64,000 nt of DNA from Leucoraja ocellata (Eukaryota): assembly GCA_036785375.1 (NCBI GenBank), contig JAWMAR010000647.1:124001-188000 (forward strand). The letters are read 5' to 3'. Positions 9,609 to 22,825 of the stretch are shown one piece after another. Made by a program: the position numbers and the translations under genes. The notes under the pieces were generated by a model. That model did no database searches. It saw only the letters and a program-made list of their open reading frames with translations, and had not been told where the DNA came from. Each line of letters starts with the position of its first letter. Positions within the stretch are counted from its first letter, which is position 1.

Positions 9609-11053
9609 TAATAGTATTTTTTTTCCTGTGAACTAAGCAATACCTTGGAAATTATAGTTAAATTGATGAAATGGGCATTTGTAATGATTACTTTGCAGTG
9701 CCCACATCAACAAGTTGCAGGCAATCTGAAATGTTCCTTTGTAACTTCCCGCTGATCCGTTTAGACAGTAAATTTAAATATTAATTGTTGTAAATGAGCA
9801 ATTTTAAGTTCCAATGCATTGTAAAACTTTTATGATCGATTTACATTTTATTCACATCCAAAGAGTGAGTTCAGAAAGATATTCTGAATTTTTTGTTAAT
9901 GAAACTTTTCCATCTTAAGAGAATGCTAGTCGCACATTTAATCATGATGTAATAGGACATCAGGGGTTCAGACCCATGTTCTTTGTTTTTTAGTGGTTGG
10001 ACATATGTTTTATATTAGTTCTGTGGCAGCTGTGTGTTCGTGTCAGATTTGGAGAAAAAAACTTTCTGCGATGCTTTTGTTTGTTTTTCATCGGTGCTTT
10101 TCAATTAAAAAAAAGCTTTTGTTTTTCATGACAAGAACTGGAAAAGATTTTCAGGTTTGAGATGCACAATAGGGTTGTAAAATTTGACAATGGGATAACA
10201 AACAGTTTTAACTAATTATATGATTCAAAAATGCGTAACAGATCAAATTTGGGATGTCTGATCCTCCTTCCAAAATTTAACCTGACCCACATAGTTATCT
10301 TAATTTATTCAATTCATGATCAATCGATCAATTAAAACCACAATTTTGCTTTTGATGACCACATGATACAATTAACCAAAGGCTAGCCAAAAAAAACAAT
10401 AAAGAGAATTACAGTATAGCCAGTGTGTGCTGCGCAGGCATTCAATACTGATGTTACCTCAGTGGAATTTTTCCCATTTTTATCAATGTAAGTGTTGTCT
10501 GACACATTATCGCACGCGTCATGACCTTCTAAACTGTCATTTGGCAACCTAAAAAGCTGCCAAGGTTGCCCAGCTGGCAACAGGGAAAAAATAGTTAAGC
10601 AAGAGCCCTGAAGTACTTATAAATTGTCTGACAACTCTTATCTTTTAATTAATTAACCAATACTGAATTGCTGAGATTAACAATTTGCATGCTTAGTTTG
10701 CAGATGATGGTCTTGAGTTACATGCAGTTACATGCAGGACCTCATGTTCTCACTTTTTATGAACATTTGGCAAGAAGGAACATTAAAAGAAAATTACAAA
10801 ATTCTAGGTGGCAGCAAGTTAAATTCATGACTGGCAGCCCAGTGTGGTGCTGAAAGAATGCTGTTTTATTCAAGATACTGTCTTGGTGTGGAGACATCAA
10901 AGTGTGACTGCTCCTGACTACAAGTATCCTCAAACAATCCAGTGTTATTTGAACAAGAGCAGGAAATTCTGTTGGTGTACTTTTTAACATTCCTTCCTGT
11001 GCAAGCACTACCAAAACCAAACTAACTATGGAACTCAGCTGTTTTGTTTGCAT

Positions 11054-11330
11054 AGTTTTGGAGATGCAGCGTGGAAACAGGCCATTCGGCCCACTGCATC
11101 CATACTAACCGTTCACTCCGTACACTGTTCTATCCTACGCACAGGCCAATTTACCGAAGCCAATTCGCCTACAAATCTGCATATTTTTGGAATGTGGGAG
11201 GAAAACTGAGCACCCAGAGTAAACTTGTGTGCTCACTGAGAACGTACAAACTCCATACAGACAGCACAGGATTGAACCTGTGTCTCTGGCGCTGTAAGGC
11301 AGCAACTCTACCGTTGCGCCACTGTGCTGC
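11054..11330 (-). mobile_element. tRNA-derived V-SINE (HE1-like)
   Basis: Minus strand: A box TGGCGCAACGG, B box GGTTCAATCC, V-domain TGGAGTTTGTACGTTCTC...TTTCCTCCCACATTCCAAA, and CR1-like 3' tail GGGCCGAATGGCCTGTTTCC. Confidence 0.85.
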
Positions 11331-12109
11331 TAAATAGATGGCAGTGACCATGAATAACTGAATATAAAATACTGCAAGATATTTTGATAAGATGTAATAA
11401 ATAGTTTCAATGCTGCTATTTTGTAACTATTTACTGGAATGGCCTGATATATTTTAACTCCTAACTGAATTTAAAAAATGTCTATTATTGGATCAGGTCG
11501 TTTTGGAGGATGGGATAAAGATTAGATGGTAAAAGAAAAAGGGAGTAGAATGGATAGTGCTCAAGGAAGGAAGTGGATGCAAAGAGGTCAGAGATGTCTG
11601 ACCGCCAATCCTTCCTTAGCACCTATAATACGCTACTTCATTTGCAGGTTTAGATTTAACTTTAAATTCATGAAGGGAGTTTTATGGCAAATCATCAAAA
11701 GCTTGGTTGAAGTGGTAGGAAGGTGTAGAATATGTGCTGAGCAATTTGATGAAAGGGAATAGGAAAACAATAATGCTGGTCAGGCAGCAACTGGTGAGAG
11801 TAAAATAAAATGTAATTGTTCCGATGCTGGTGCACGTGACAATTAAACATTCTTGACTCCTGACTATTGACCTGTCTTTATAGATTAATCACTTATATCC
11901 TAATATAAATCCTAATAGCCTAGTAAATATACACGCAGGAAAAGCTGGTTATCTGAAATTGTTGAATTCATTATTGAGTCCCAAGGGCTGATTTGTGCCT
12001 AGTTGGAAGATGAGATGATGTTCCTCGAACCTGCATTAGGTTTATTGGGACAGTGAGCAGTGAGATGGAAAAGTGAAATGACAGATTAACCAGTGGAACG
12101 AATGGGTGT

Positions 12110-12372
12110 TTGAGTTTAGTTTATTGAGTTTAATTTATTGTTACGTGTACTGAGGTAAGCTAACCAGTCAGCGGAAAGAAGATACATTATTACAATTGAG
12201 CCATCAACAGTGTACAAATACACGATAAAGGGAATAACGTGAATAACGTTTAGTGCAAGATAAAGTCCAGTAAAGCTTGTTCAAAGATGGTCGGAGGGTC
12301 TCCAATTAGGTAGATAGTAGCTCCGTACTATTCTCTAGTTATTGGCAGGATGGTTTAGTTGCCTGGTAACAG
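12110..12372 (-). mobile_element. LINE 3' UTR fragment (Rex/Babar-like)
   Basis: TTTAGTTTATTG tail and GTTTAGTTGCCTGGTAACAGCT motif resembling the 3' region of the 18241-18810 element. Confidence 0.5.
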
Positions 12373-12947
12373 CTACAACTATTCATCCACTTTTCCACAA
12401 ATGCTTCATCCAAATTGGAGCATTGAATGCAAGGTATTAGATTAGAAGTGTAAGAGAATTGCTGCCTCTCAACAAGGATTGTTTGGGCTCCTTGAGGTGA
12501 GAAGGGATGTCACCTCCACGTGTCTCCTGTTTCAACTTAACCAGTGGATTATTCTCTCTGACTCCTTGATTCACTCTACCAACTCCACGAGAACTTGCTT
12601 TCCTTCTCACAGTACCTTCCATGCAAACTGCAGTCAGCACAACAGCTGCCCTTTTACCCATTCACTTTCCACCATATTTTTAATGGGATATGGCCATGAA
12701 TTGTGGTGTATAGCTGAATGTTTCTGCTTGTTGAAACTTTTATTTATATTTCGGCATTTCTGCGAATTCAACAGGAAACCATGGAATTATTAGTGTGTTT
12801 GTGGTCTGTTGCCGTTTGGGGATGGGATTAAGTCTCCATTTCAGATCTTTAAGGCAGTCAAAATTATGCTCTGTAACTCAGTGTGAGGCCATGGTTATTA
12901 TCCTCAATCTATTCAGGGTTCTGATTACTTTCTCTACTTTCTAATCA

Positions 12948-13310
12948 CAATATACATTAATGATTTAGATGAAGGGATTAAAAGTAACGTTAGTAAATTT
13001 TCAGATGACACAAAGCTGGGTGGCAGTGTGAACTGTGAGGAGGATGCTATGAGTATGCAGGGTGACATGGACAGGTTGGGTCAGTGGGCAGATGCAGTTT
13101 AATGTGGATAAGTGTGAGGTTGTCCACTTTGGTGGCAAAAACAGGAAGGCAGATTATTATCTAAATGGAGTCAAGTTGGGAAAAGGGGGAGTACGACGTG
13201 ATCTGGGGGTCCTTGTTCATCAGTCAGTGAAAGTAAGCATGCAGGTACAGCCGAATGGCCTACTCGAATGGGCCGAATGGCCTACTCCGGCATTTATTCA
13301 CTATTGTCTA
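12948..13310 (+). mobile_element. CR1 LINE fragment with RT core remnant, internally deleted
   Basis: YINDLDEG...SKFSDDTKLGG (FADD-type motif), QFNVDKCEVVHFG, RDLGVLVHQS, then an abrupt jump to the GGGCCGAATGGCCTACTCC tail. Confidence 0.88.
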
Positions 13311-13826
13311 TGTAATATTTTTAAAGAAAATAAGCTGATCTTGCATGTCCATTCAAAGATTGTTTGCTGGCATTTCATGCAAAATCTGAAACTCTGACTA
13401 CAGCATTTTGAAATGAACAAACACAAATTTAGAAGTTTGGCCAGGATGATTTTTGGATTGAACTTGCAAAGCGCGTTCATTATTGGTTGAACTCTTTCAT
13501 AACTCCCACTTGCAATTCAAGTCTGGTGAAGGCTTCTGAAACATCATTAGTACTTGGATTAAGACTGCGTATTTGCATTGTTATGTGTTAATTTAAATTT
13601 ATTTGTAAAATGTTTTACACCAAATATTTTTGGTTGTTACCGAAATTAGAACATGCACTTCATAATGCGTTGGTCTATTACATGTTCTTCTCAGATGTGA
13701 CAGTCCCTCAGTGAGTAGTGAATTATTTTGGTCAGCAAATATAATATATCCTTCAAATAGGATTTTAGTTTTAATGCAGTTACAAATGAATCACTTAACA
13801 TTTCATTTTGTCCATTTCCCCTTCAG

Positions 13827-13996
13827 GCTTGCGAAGGAGGAGAGAAAGATCAGAATTTGTATTCCAATCTATCTTACTGAGAAAGATAGCTACACTGGTG
13901 AAAATCTGACCCATTGCAAGAGGTTTTTTTGGCCACATTTGAAGATAACATATCTCCAGAGTGACGCAGAACCTATCACAGCATTGTATTCTAAAC
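13827..13996 (+). other. TGFBR3: TGFBR3 exon 2, 5' UTR portion
   Basis: Polypyrimidine acceptor TCCATTTCCCCTTCAG| at 13826/13827; no ATG before 13997. Confidence 0.7.
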
Positions 13997-14057
13997 ATGA
14001 CTTCAAATGGAATTCAAACACTATTGCTCTTCCTGTTGATGTGTGGCGTGTCTGCAG
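13997..14057 (+). CDS. TGFBR3: TGFBR3 (betaglycan) first coding exon: signal peptide MTSNGIQTLLLFLLMCGVSA+G
   Basis: AAAC-ATG start, hydrophobic signal peptide aligning with human MTSHYVIAIFALMSSCLATAG (from memory); 61 nt; phase-1 donor CAG|GTGAGT joins in frame to the exon at 26960. Confidence 0.9.
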
Positions 14058-14129
14058 GTGAGTTCCTTTGAATAGAGTTTAAAACCCTAGCATGTCTTCA
14101 CTTTTGCAGATTGTGGCTGATTGCAGAGT

Positions 14130-14540
14130 GCGATGGAGCATTTAAGCTATGAGGAAAGTGGTGTGGCTCGGTCCATTTTCCTTGGAGCAGATGCGGTTGG
14201 GAGATGACAGGATTGAGGTATATAATGTTGAGAATTATAGATAGAGTAGATGGCAAGAACCTTTCTCCTTGAAAGTAAATTAAACTAGGGGATATACATT
14301 TAGGGTAAGACATTGGGGAGATATCGGTGATTTCACCCAAAGAGGGTGGAATTTCAAACCTGAATATTGCCGTGTGCAAGAGATCAGTAGAAGCAGAGTT
14401 CCATTGAAGATATATCCAGACAAGCACTTGAATGTCCTGGGCATACAGGACCACAGGTCAAGTGCTGGATGATGGTATTGACTGGTCAGTATGGACACGG
14501 TGAGCTGAAGGGCTTTCTTCCATGCTGTACAACACTATAT
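14130..14540 (+). mobile_element. Old CR1 LINE 3' fragment
   Basis: Degenerate GGAGCAGATGCGGTTGGGAGATGACAGGATTGAGGTATAT... to GAAGGGCTTTCTTCCATGCTGTAC tail. Confidence 0.7.
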
Positions 14541-14954
14541 TTATCTTGTAGAACCTTAACAGTATTAACTCCTTCTCTTACTGCCATTTAGACTTGCTTT
14601 CCTATCTCAATGTTCTGACTTTAAAATCCAACCTTCATGCCATTAGTCACCACTTGCCAAATGAACCGTGTACATTTCCAGTACAGGAGGAGGATATTTA
14701 GCTCTCAGTGCTTACATTAGGATGTTTATAAAATAGGCCTTAATTCCTGCTTTTGCACTCTTTCTTTAGTTTTGTATACTTTAAAAAAATATTTATCATT
14801 TATTTCTTTAAACTAACTGGTTTGCCAAATGGATTATCACTGTTAAATCTGCCCTTGTGTATTATTGGAGAAAAAGATCCTGGTGTATTGTAATTTGGAC
14901 TAATTTATGCATGGAAGAATAATATTGGAAAGAAAGGAAAGTAATATAACTAAA

Positions 14955-15165
14955 TGGACACAAGTGCTGGAATGAATTGGCGGGCCAGGCAGCGTCACTG
15001 GAGAAAATGGGTAGGTGATGTTTTAGGTCAAGACCCTTCTTCACACTTCAATCTGAAGATGGATCTCAACCCAAAACGCCATATTCTTGAGAGATGTGGC
15101 CTGACCCTCTGAGTTACTCCAGCACATTGTCTCCTTTTGTGTATTAACCAGAATCTGCAGTTCCT
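14955..15165. mobile_element. Inverted pair of Penelope-type repeats (decayed cores)
   Basis: Minus copy to ~15045; plus copy core 15053-15080 CTGAAGATGGATCTCAACCCAAAACGCC. Confidence 0.7.
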
Positions 15166-16179
15166 TATTGTTAATGTAACTAAATAAAAGGTACATGGCT
15201 ACAAAATGATGAATGATAATTAATAGAATTTAGAAAATAAGGTGCAAAAGAAAAAGCATGAAGTTGACAAAATAAGAGAATTGAGCACCAAGGAAAATGA
15301 TTAGAGGGGGAACAGAAACTAAAGGACTGAGGTGAATTATATGATTGATAAAGTAGTATTTGATCAATATCTTGGATATTTCGGGAATTTTTTACGTTGG
15401 ACTTTGGTTTTGTTTTTAGCTTGAAAACACAATTACAGAAAACATCTGCAATAAATTTGGTATATTTTAGTAATTTGAAAAATCAATAGATTATTGTTTA
15501 CTACAAACTTATTATGTGGGCAATCCCACCCAGTAGGAGCCTCATAACCAATTTTTTGTGGACATTAGAAAATTGTCATAGCCATGCTATACATAATTTC
15601 ATTACGGATGGCCTATTCAACAACTAACTCAGAACTAAATTTGGATATTTTTGTGTATGAATTGGTGCAAATAGAGCTTGCTGAAGTGCTGACTTTTATT
15701 TATTTTAATAATTCCTCTCACCCACTTCTTTCCGTTCTAGGCACAAGGCGTTTTGGTACTATGCTAGCAATGGTGCCAAGATAAGCATATGTTAGCAAAG
15801 GCTTGTATTTGAATTCTGATGACCTACAGTGTAGCATGAAGCATGTTAACGTGCTTTGCTACTGTTTCTTGCTTGCAGTCTGTACTTAAAAAAAAAAAGG
15901 AAAAAAAACTTGTGGCAGAACAAAATTTATATTTACATTATTTGGTGTTGAATGCACACAAATCCACATCAAACCAGTAATCCCTTCTGTAAGAAAGAAC
16001 AGAATGAGGTGAATGTGTTGATGACCAAAACCACAGGTTTAAACTTGAATTAGAAAACTCCTATGGCAATGTACTTTTGGTGTGTGATGGAGGAGTGGGA
16101 CTTGGTGTGGGAATAGATACATACGGTAGCATTTTTAAACCAGCTGAGAGCATTTATTAAAAAAAAGTGAATGCAAAGT

Positions 16180-17360
16180 CAGTAAGAAGATGATTAAAAT
16201 TTGTAGATGACAAAACAAAGGTGAGGAATTGATGGGGCACTCCATTGGCTACATCCTTCCAACTGAAAAAGACCCATTTAGTCATATTGCATAGAAAACA
16301 GTCCATCTTCAGTCTATGTTAACATGGTTCCCACAATACCATGAGCTCCTAAACTTGTACATCAGTCACTTAGTGGCACATTGTCAAATCCTTTGGAAAA
16401 TCCAAGTAGGCTACATGTGCAGTTTCTATCTATTGACTCTACTTGTTATTATCTTAAGAACTAGCACATTTATAAACATGATTTACCATTCATTAACCTA
16501 ATTAAAGCTAGGTTGACCTGGTTTGATTCCATTAAACGTCTCTGAATGACTGGCTACTCTTGTAGATTCCTACATTTTGCCAAAATAGATGTTAAGATAG
16601 GAGATTACAAAAAATATCTCAGTTAATCACTTGTTTTTTGTCTTCCTCTCTTAAACAATTGAGTCACATTTGAGATTTTCTAATCTGCTGGTACCTCCTC
16701 TGTTCGCTTGGAGCTATTGGTTGAAGTTTTTAGGAAATTTGCCATCTCGCTAGTCCCTTTCTTTTAAGCTCTAGCATGTTAGCTTCGGTACCTGGTGACA
16801 TGTCTGCCTTCAGTCCCAAGGTTGATGCATTGGATATAAACTTGGGAAACCATGTTGCAGATGGATTAAACTTTGATTAGGTGGCACTGGGAATTCTGGT
16901 TGCTGCATTGCAGGATGGATATGAAGGCTTTGGAGCAGTTGTAAAAGAAGTTCACCAGGATGTTGGCTGCATTTGAGGGTATTGGCTATAAGGGGAGGTA
17001 GGACAAACTTGGATTGTTTATTTTCTGGCGCATCAGAGGCTGTGGGCTGTTCTGATCATAAGAGCCACAGAGTATGCGCCCAGAAACTATTTCTGAGGGT
17101 GGAAATGTCAAATTCTAGAGGGCGTAGATTGAATGTGACAAGGGGAAAGTTGAAAAGAGATATGATCGGCAAGTTTTTTTTACACCGAATGGTGGTGCCA
17201 AGGGACGTGGTGGAAGCAGATGCAAAAGCAACATTTAAAAGGCATTTAGATGGGCATAAGAACAGATGGGATGGAAGGATATGCAGACAGCTGGGATTGG
17301 TTTAAACTGGCGTCCTTGTCAGAACAGCCACTGTGGCCCAAAAGACTTGTTCCTGTCCCG
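16180..17360. mobile_element. Old CR1 fragments (- ~16180-16800; + ~16820-17360)
   Basis: ORF 16973-17305 ...DVVEADAKATFKRHLDGH; minus-strand remnants such as GTCAAATCCTTTGGAAAATCCAAGTA resemble the RT region. Confidence 0.65.
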
Positions 17361-17864
17361 TCCGTTGTTTGCTTAACAAATGAGTAGTAAGATTCTGATT
17401 TGGGTTTATCGTTTAGATTTTGTAGCCAAATTTAAACATACTTTGTTTTGATTAGTTTTTTTCCAACCAGATGCTACAGAATCAAGGCATTATGGTTGTG
17501 CCAGATTAACTGTATATAGTAATACAAGTTGAATTATATGTAACCACAGAGAAAAACAAGTGCTGTTTATATATTTGGCTTTGGTTTCCACAAGTTAAGT
17601 TTGGGACCTGACTGTAGAGTTGTTTCTGCACAGTTCAAAAATATTAGCATAAGTATTGTATGTTATTTTCAGCATCTGTTATGTAAAACTGATGGAAATC
17701 ACTATAGATTTGGTTCATAATATTTTTATATCAATAATGCTTTAAGTTTTTTGTGATATTGGTGCCTGTACTATTCTCCAGTTGTATTCTTCTGAATACC
17801 AAGGATTGAACAGTTTTGCTTTTAAACAGAATTAAACTGAATTTAAAAAGAAAATAGGTACAAT

Positions 17865-18235
17865 TTTGAAAGATCAAGGAATTAAGGGCTGTGGAAGACA
17901 GGTACAGAATAGATGGAGCCTGGGAGAGATCAGTCATGATCATATTGAATGGTGGAGCAGGCTTGAGGAGCTGAGTGGCCTCCCTCCTCCCCTATTGACA
18001 CTATTTTTAGTCTCCTTTTTCATCTTTAGCCTTCATCACTTAGTCCACTTGTCTACCAATTAAACCCCCCTCCACCCCCCTTGCTTGCCAGGCTTTGTCC
18101 TGCCCCTGTCTTTCTCTTCCAACTTTCTCTTCCCCCCCCCCCACTGCAATTGGACTGAAGAAAGGTCCCAACTTAAAACATCACCTGTTCATTCCCTCCA
18201 CAGATGCTGTCTGACGTACTAAGTTCCTGCATTTT
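17865..18235 (+). mobile_element. CR1 3' tail followed by a Penelope-type repeat (decayed core 18155-18182)
   Basis: GATCAGTCATGATCATATTGAATGGTGGAGCAGGC tail; CTGAAGAAAGGTCCCAACTTAAAACATCACC...CAGATGCTGTCTGAC. Confidence 0.65.
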
Positions 18236-18240
18236 TGTAT

Positions 18241-18810
18241 TCAAATCAAGTCAAGAGAGTTTATTGTCATGTGTCCCAGATAGGCAGCACAACAGAATAT
18301 TGTAAGCATAAATACAGAACAGTTCAGTGTGTCTATATAGCATAGACCATATATATATACACATAATATATATATACACATATATACACATAAAATATAT
18401 ATACACATAAAAAAACAGATAAAGTGCAATAGGCTGTTATAGTTCAGAGTTTGTTTGATGGCGAGTTTAATAGCCTGATGGCTGTGGGGAAGAAGCTGTT
18501 CCTGAACCTGGATGTACCAGATTTCAGGCTTCTGCACCTTCTACCTGATGGCAACGGAGAGATGAGTGTGTGGCCAGGATAGTGTGGGTCGTTGATGATG
18601 TTGGCAGCCTTTTAGAGGCAGCGACTGCGATAGATCCCTTCGATGGTGGGGAGGTCAGAGCCGATGATGGACTGGGCAGTGGTCACAACTTTTTGCTTTA
18701 TTTCCCGCTTCCGGAAGCTCAAGTTGCCGAACCAAGCTACAATGCAACCAGTCAGCACGCTCTCTACTCTGCACATGTAGAAGTTCAAGATAGCCCTCTT
18801 TGACATACCG
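18241..18810 (-). mobile_element. Rex1/Babar-type LINE 3' end
   Basis: ORF 18612-18806(-) NFYMCRVESVLTGCIVAWFGN...VVTTAQSIIGSDLPTIEGIYRSRCL; CAATAAAC and (CTTGA)n tail at 18241-18265. Confidence 0.8.
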
Positions 18811-19439
18811 ATTCAAGATTTTGTTCAAGATTCTTTGTCTCTACTCCTGCTCCTATTCTCTCTTGCTGAAATTTGGAACATAACAATGTTTGTCTAAACT
18901 AGATTAAACTATCTTGGTAAAGCTTAAGTCTCAAAGAGTGTTTGATCATCAATCTGTTGGTGGTAATGAGCAACAGAGTGGTGGTAGTGGTTACTTGTAA
19001 CTTCATGCAGGAATTTGAAAATACAAAATTAAAAATATAAATGTATGTATTGTACATTATTTGCAAATCAAAATAATTTGATTGCATTGCCTTTTGTGTC
19101 TCATGTTTCTATTCAAATGAGAAACGAACAGCTTAGGTGAAACATTGCATTGTCAGTTATACGTTTCTTGCAAATTAATTAATTAGAGGAGCTATCTTCA
19201 GAATGACATCAATAACGTTAAGGCAGTATTGAATTATTTCAAGTTGAATAGTGAAAACTGAATTTGCTTTTCATTTGTAAGTGTTTGCAATGTGGGCACT
19301 TGCTACGTATTGGAAGAGTGTCTCCAGTCAATACTTTTAAGAACTTGGTCTATTCTATTCTTGCGATTTGGACTAGAATATTCATGAAGTATAAGGACTA
19401 GAATATTCATGAAGTTTTTGAAAAATAGACACAATTCAC

Positions 19440-19680
19440 GTCAGATGCTGGAATGCTGCGTAGAACACAAAATGCTGGAGTAACTCAGTGGTTAAGGCAG
19501 CATCTTTAGAGAGAGTCACAAATTGCTGGAGAAACTCAGCAGGTCAAGCAGCATCTCTGGGGGGAAAAAAGTGGCATTTTGTGTCGGTACACTTTTGCAG
19601 TAGCTCTGGAGGACATGAATAGGTGATGTTTTGGGTCTGGACCCTTCAGATGCACTGAGTTACTCCAGCACTTTGTGTTC
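19440..19680. mobile_element. Tandem/inverted Penelope-type repeats
   Basis: Repeated ACAAAATGCTGGAGTAACTCAG...GCAGCATCT units (minus) and a closing plus arm CTGAGTTACTCCAGCACTTTGTGT. Confidence 0.7.
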
Positions 19681-22600
19681 CGTTTGAATGGGAAACAATT
19701 TTATGTTTTTTCTACATAAATATTAGCTGAGATACTGACCTTTTTTTTGAGATACTTTGGTCAATCGTGGAATATGGATATCACTGGTGAAGCAGACTTC
19801 TGTTGTTCTTTATTGCCTCATTTTGGTGCAACTGTGTGGATTGCTAAGCTGAAACAAAATGGTGAAATTAGCCATATGTTGACAGACAACTTTATTGAAA
19901 GAATTGTATTAAAGTTTTTTTTGTTGCTAAAACGGAATTATTCATGCATACCACTGCAGGAGTATAATATGAGGAATTTGAGGGTACCTGTCTGATATAT
20001 GGGACATTTACTTGGGAAGAAGCTCTACCCAAGTCTCTGAACATGTATTAAAAGATTGCAAAAAAAACCCACAGAAGAGCAAAGCAATTTCAGCTGTCTT
20101 GTTAGTGCTGAGGTTTCTTCAGTTCTATTCATGAAAGTGTCATCCTGGCTTAATGCAAATGCCAAGGTTACAGTTCTGTGAGTACTGAGCCATGCATCGA
20201 GTGTGCCTTATTGACGGAGTCAGTTTCTTCCCCCTCCCCACTGATCCTTTTATCATAAGACTAAAAGGCACAAATTACCCAAACCCGTGAATGGGGTGGA
20301 CCACAAAAGTAAATAAAAAATATTGTGCATTACTTCCCCAGACTTTTACTTTTCCTTTAAAAACTTCAGTGACTTGACGTTAGTCTTGTCAACTTAAGTG
20401 ACTTGACAAGATACCCTCTCATCCTGATCAACTTATTAGAATTTCGATTTTCCACCTCCCCTCTTATGATAAACCCACCCCATCCTCAGAACTGTCAACA
20501 AGCAATCTGCCATTGAAGATTGCCAAGTTTACGAAGCCTTCTCCCCCTGTCTTGTACCAAGAGTGGTACAACAAAAAAGTGTACTAACCTGGATAAGCTA
20601 CACACAAGCTATACAAGTCGACAAGAAATTAATGTTTATGGAGCCATTGCTTCACTACCTGTTGGCTGTTTAATTGGCCACCACTCTTCATAGGAATGCT
20701 GAACTTATAAAAAGTGTTAAATATGTAGGACTACTGATTAATTAGCTGAAGGCAGTAATATGTGGGAGGTTCCTTCCCCATGTTTGACATAAGTTGGCTT
20801 TGTTGAGTCTAGGGTCAATATTAATGCATGAATCATTGTACCACTGCCTTTTCTTCCACATGACTTGACTATGGAACTTAATAATCCCAGTAATTATGAT
20901 CTAAGAGTCTGAGATGTTCAAAAAATGAGATGTTATGATTGTGATGATCCTTTGTTATTGCCTGAAGTCTGTGGACCAGATTTTCCAATTTATACAGAAG
21001 TTGTCAGATGTTGTTGAGGATGTTGCAGGGTTGTTTGGGCATAGTGTGCCTTTGCCATGCCTGTTTCCAGTGTGAAGTTTATTGGCAGTTGAACATCACA
21101 TACGTTCCTGTGAATCTGCAGTTGAATTTAGGCCAGACCAGATGTAACCAGCACATTTCCTTCCTTTTGAGGGATGTTCAATGGCGAACAGCCTTTCATG
21201 ATGGGGTTTTATTTAACCATATTTAGCAATTATTTAGCTCTATTTGTAACTTGTTTTGTGCACTTTTATAACCACCTTTGCCAGATGTTATTTGGATCAA
21301 CTTTACTGAGCATTGAGTGTACTGAAATAGACTAGTTTATCTTTGGATTTGAATGGCTAGCATTTAGACGTGGGTTTGTTTATACCTTTCTTGTGTGACC
21401 TTTGTGGGGATATTGCTTGTGGATGAATTTAATATAATGTAAAGTGTTGTCAAACTTTTATCTTCTCCAAGCAGCTGTTGCTGCCTGTGTAATCCTGCCT
21501 ACACGAGAAGGGAGCAGACAAATGTGATTTTAAACACTTTGAACCATTCATCACATGATTAATTTGTGTTTTTATTTTTTTAAATCCTGTAAAAATCCAA
21601 GTGAGACTTATGTTCTGTTTTCCTTCCCATTTCCTTCTTCATTGATTAATCTAATTTATTTTCCTCTTAAACACTCAAAGCACATAGTTTTACACGTGTA
21701 ACAAGATGACATTTGGAAAAGTATTATTCTTCATTGACAGGTTGTTCACACAAACTGATCAGATGAATCTTAATTTATCTAAATTTAACAAATCTTCATT
21801 TATTTTGGCAATTTTAAGGTGCATTGTTTCATGTAGCAGCACATGATATTGCTTCAGTGAGTTATTTTAATGTTAAACATTTGTGCTGCAAAATTATAAT
21901 CCTTCTAAAATTATTTTATTTTCACACTCTTTTAAAGAATCCAATGCAAAAACAGACAGTGGATGTAAGTTACAAAGTACCTCAATCTTGCCCATTGATT
22001 ACTACTTTGTGGTATCTTAAGAATAACACTACAGAAAGAGGCATTATGTCTGTACTAGTGCTGGTTCTTTAATTGAAGCTATTAATGCTAATCCTATTTC
22101 TGTAACCTTTACTTTTCTTTTCAACCTATTACCCAATTATTTTTAAATGATGTAGATCTGCTTTGGTTGCTACTTATGCAGAGCATTTTGTGTTGAAAAA
22201 ACCTTTGATTGCAAACATTTCTTCTGATATATTTCTCTTTTGTTCTTCTCACGGTAATCCAAGATCGACCCACTTACATCCACTGTGCCATTTTAGTTGT
22301 CAACCAGTGGAACAAGAGTTAACTATTTGCACTCTCAACATCTTTCATAATATTAAACAATTTTTAGATGTCCCTGCAATTTCTTTCTATTTAAACTTCA
22401 TACCTTTCACCTGTGAACTTTAATCATTTATTTCTAATTATATTAATTTCTGAGCATTTGTATGCGTTTGCAGTTGTCTGTCACCCAATTGATAACGGAA
22501 TGCCCAGAATTATATATGATGTTCCTATCTTGTCTATTTTATAAATTTAACATAATTTTAATCTCATGAATGGGGATGGCTGAGCAGAAGATCTGTTCCA

Positions 22601-22714
22601 GCCACAGTTTGGTGGAATTTTGAAGGTCCCATAAACATGTCAGGGCACAGATGATAAGCTGGTGTCAACGATTAGCATATTGCAATACATCAAGGAAGGG
22701 AAACCCAAAATTCA

Positions 22715-22825
22715 TACAAAATGTTGGAGTAACCCAGCGGGTCAGGCAGCATCTCTGGAGAGAAGGAATGGGTGACGTTTCGGATCGAGACCCTTCTTCA
22801 GACTGATGTCAGGGGAGGGGGCGGG
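22715..22825 (-). mobile_element. Penelope-type repeat with intact hammerhead core (22774-22801)
   Basis: rc CTGAAGAAGGGTCTCGATCCGAAACGTCACCCATTCC. Confidence 0.72.

Noticed and set aside
13711-14061. 116-aa ORF overlapping exon 2
   Set aside because: Different frame from the signal peptide, starts in the intron at GTG, no homology recognised.
19370-19416. Short direct repeats (21-bp at 19370; also 47760-47784 and 58463-58496)
   Set aside because: Two-copy slippage duplications; no repeat-spacer array, so not CRISPR-like.
20384-20411. Small palindrome TCTTGTCAA...TTGACAAGA (and TTGTACCA/TGGTACAA near 20552)
   Set aside because: Short arms, no TSD or other copies seen; compatible with chance or decayed repeat tails.
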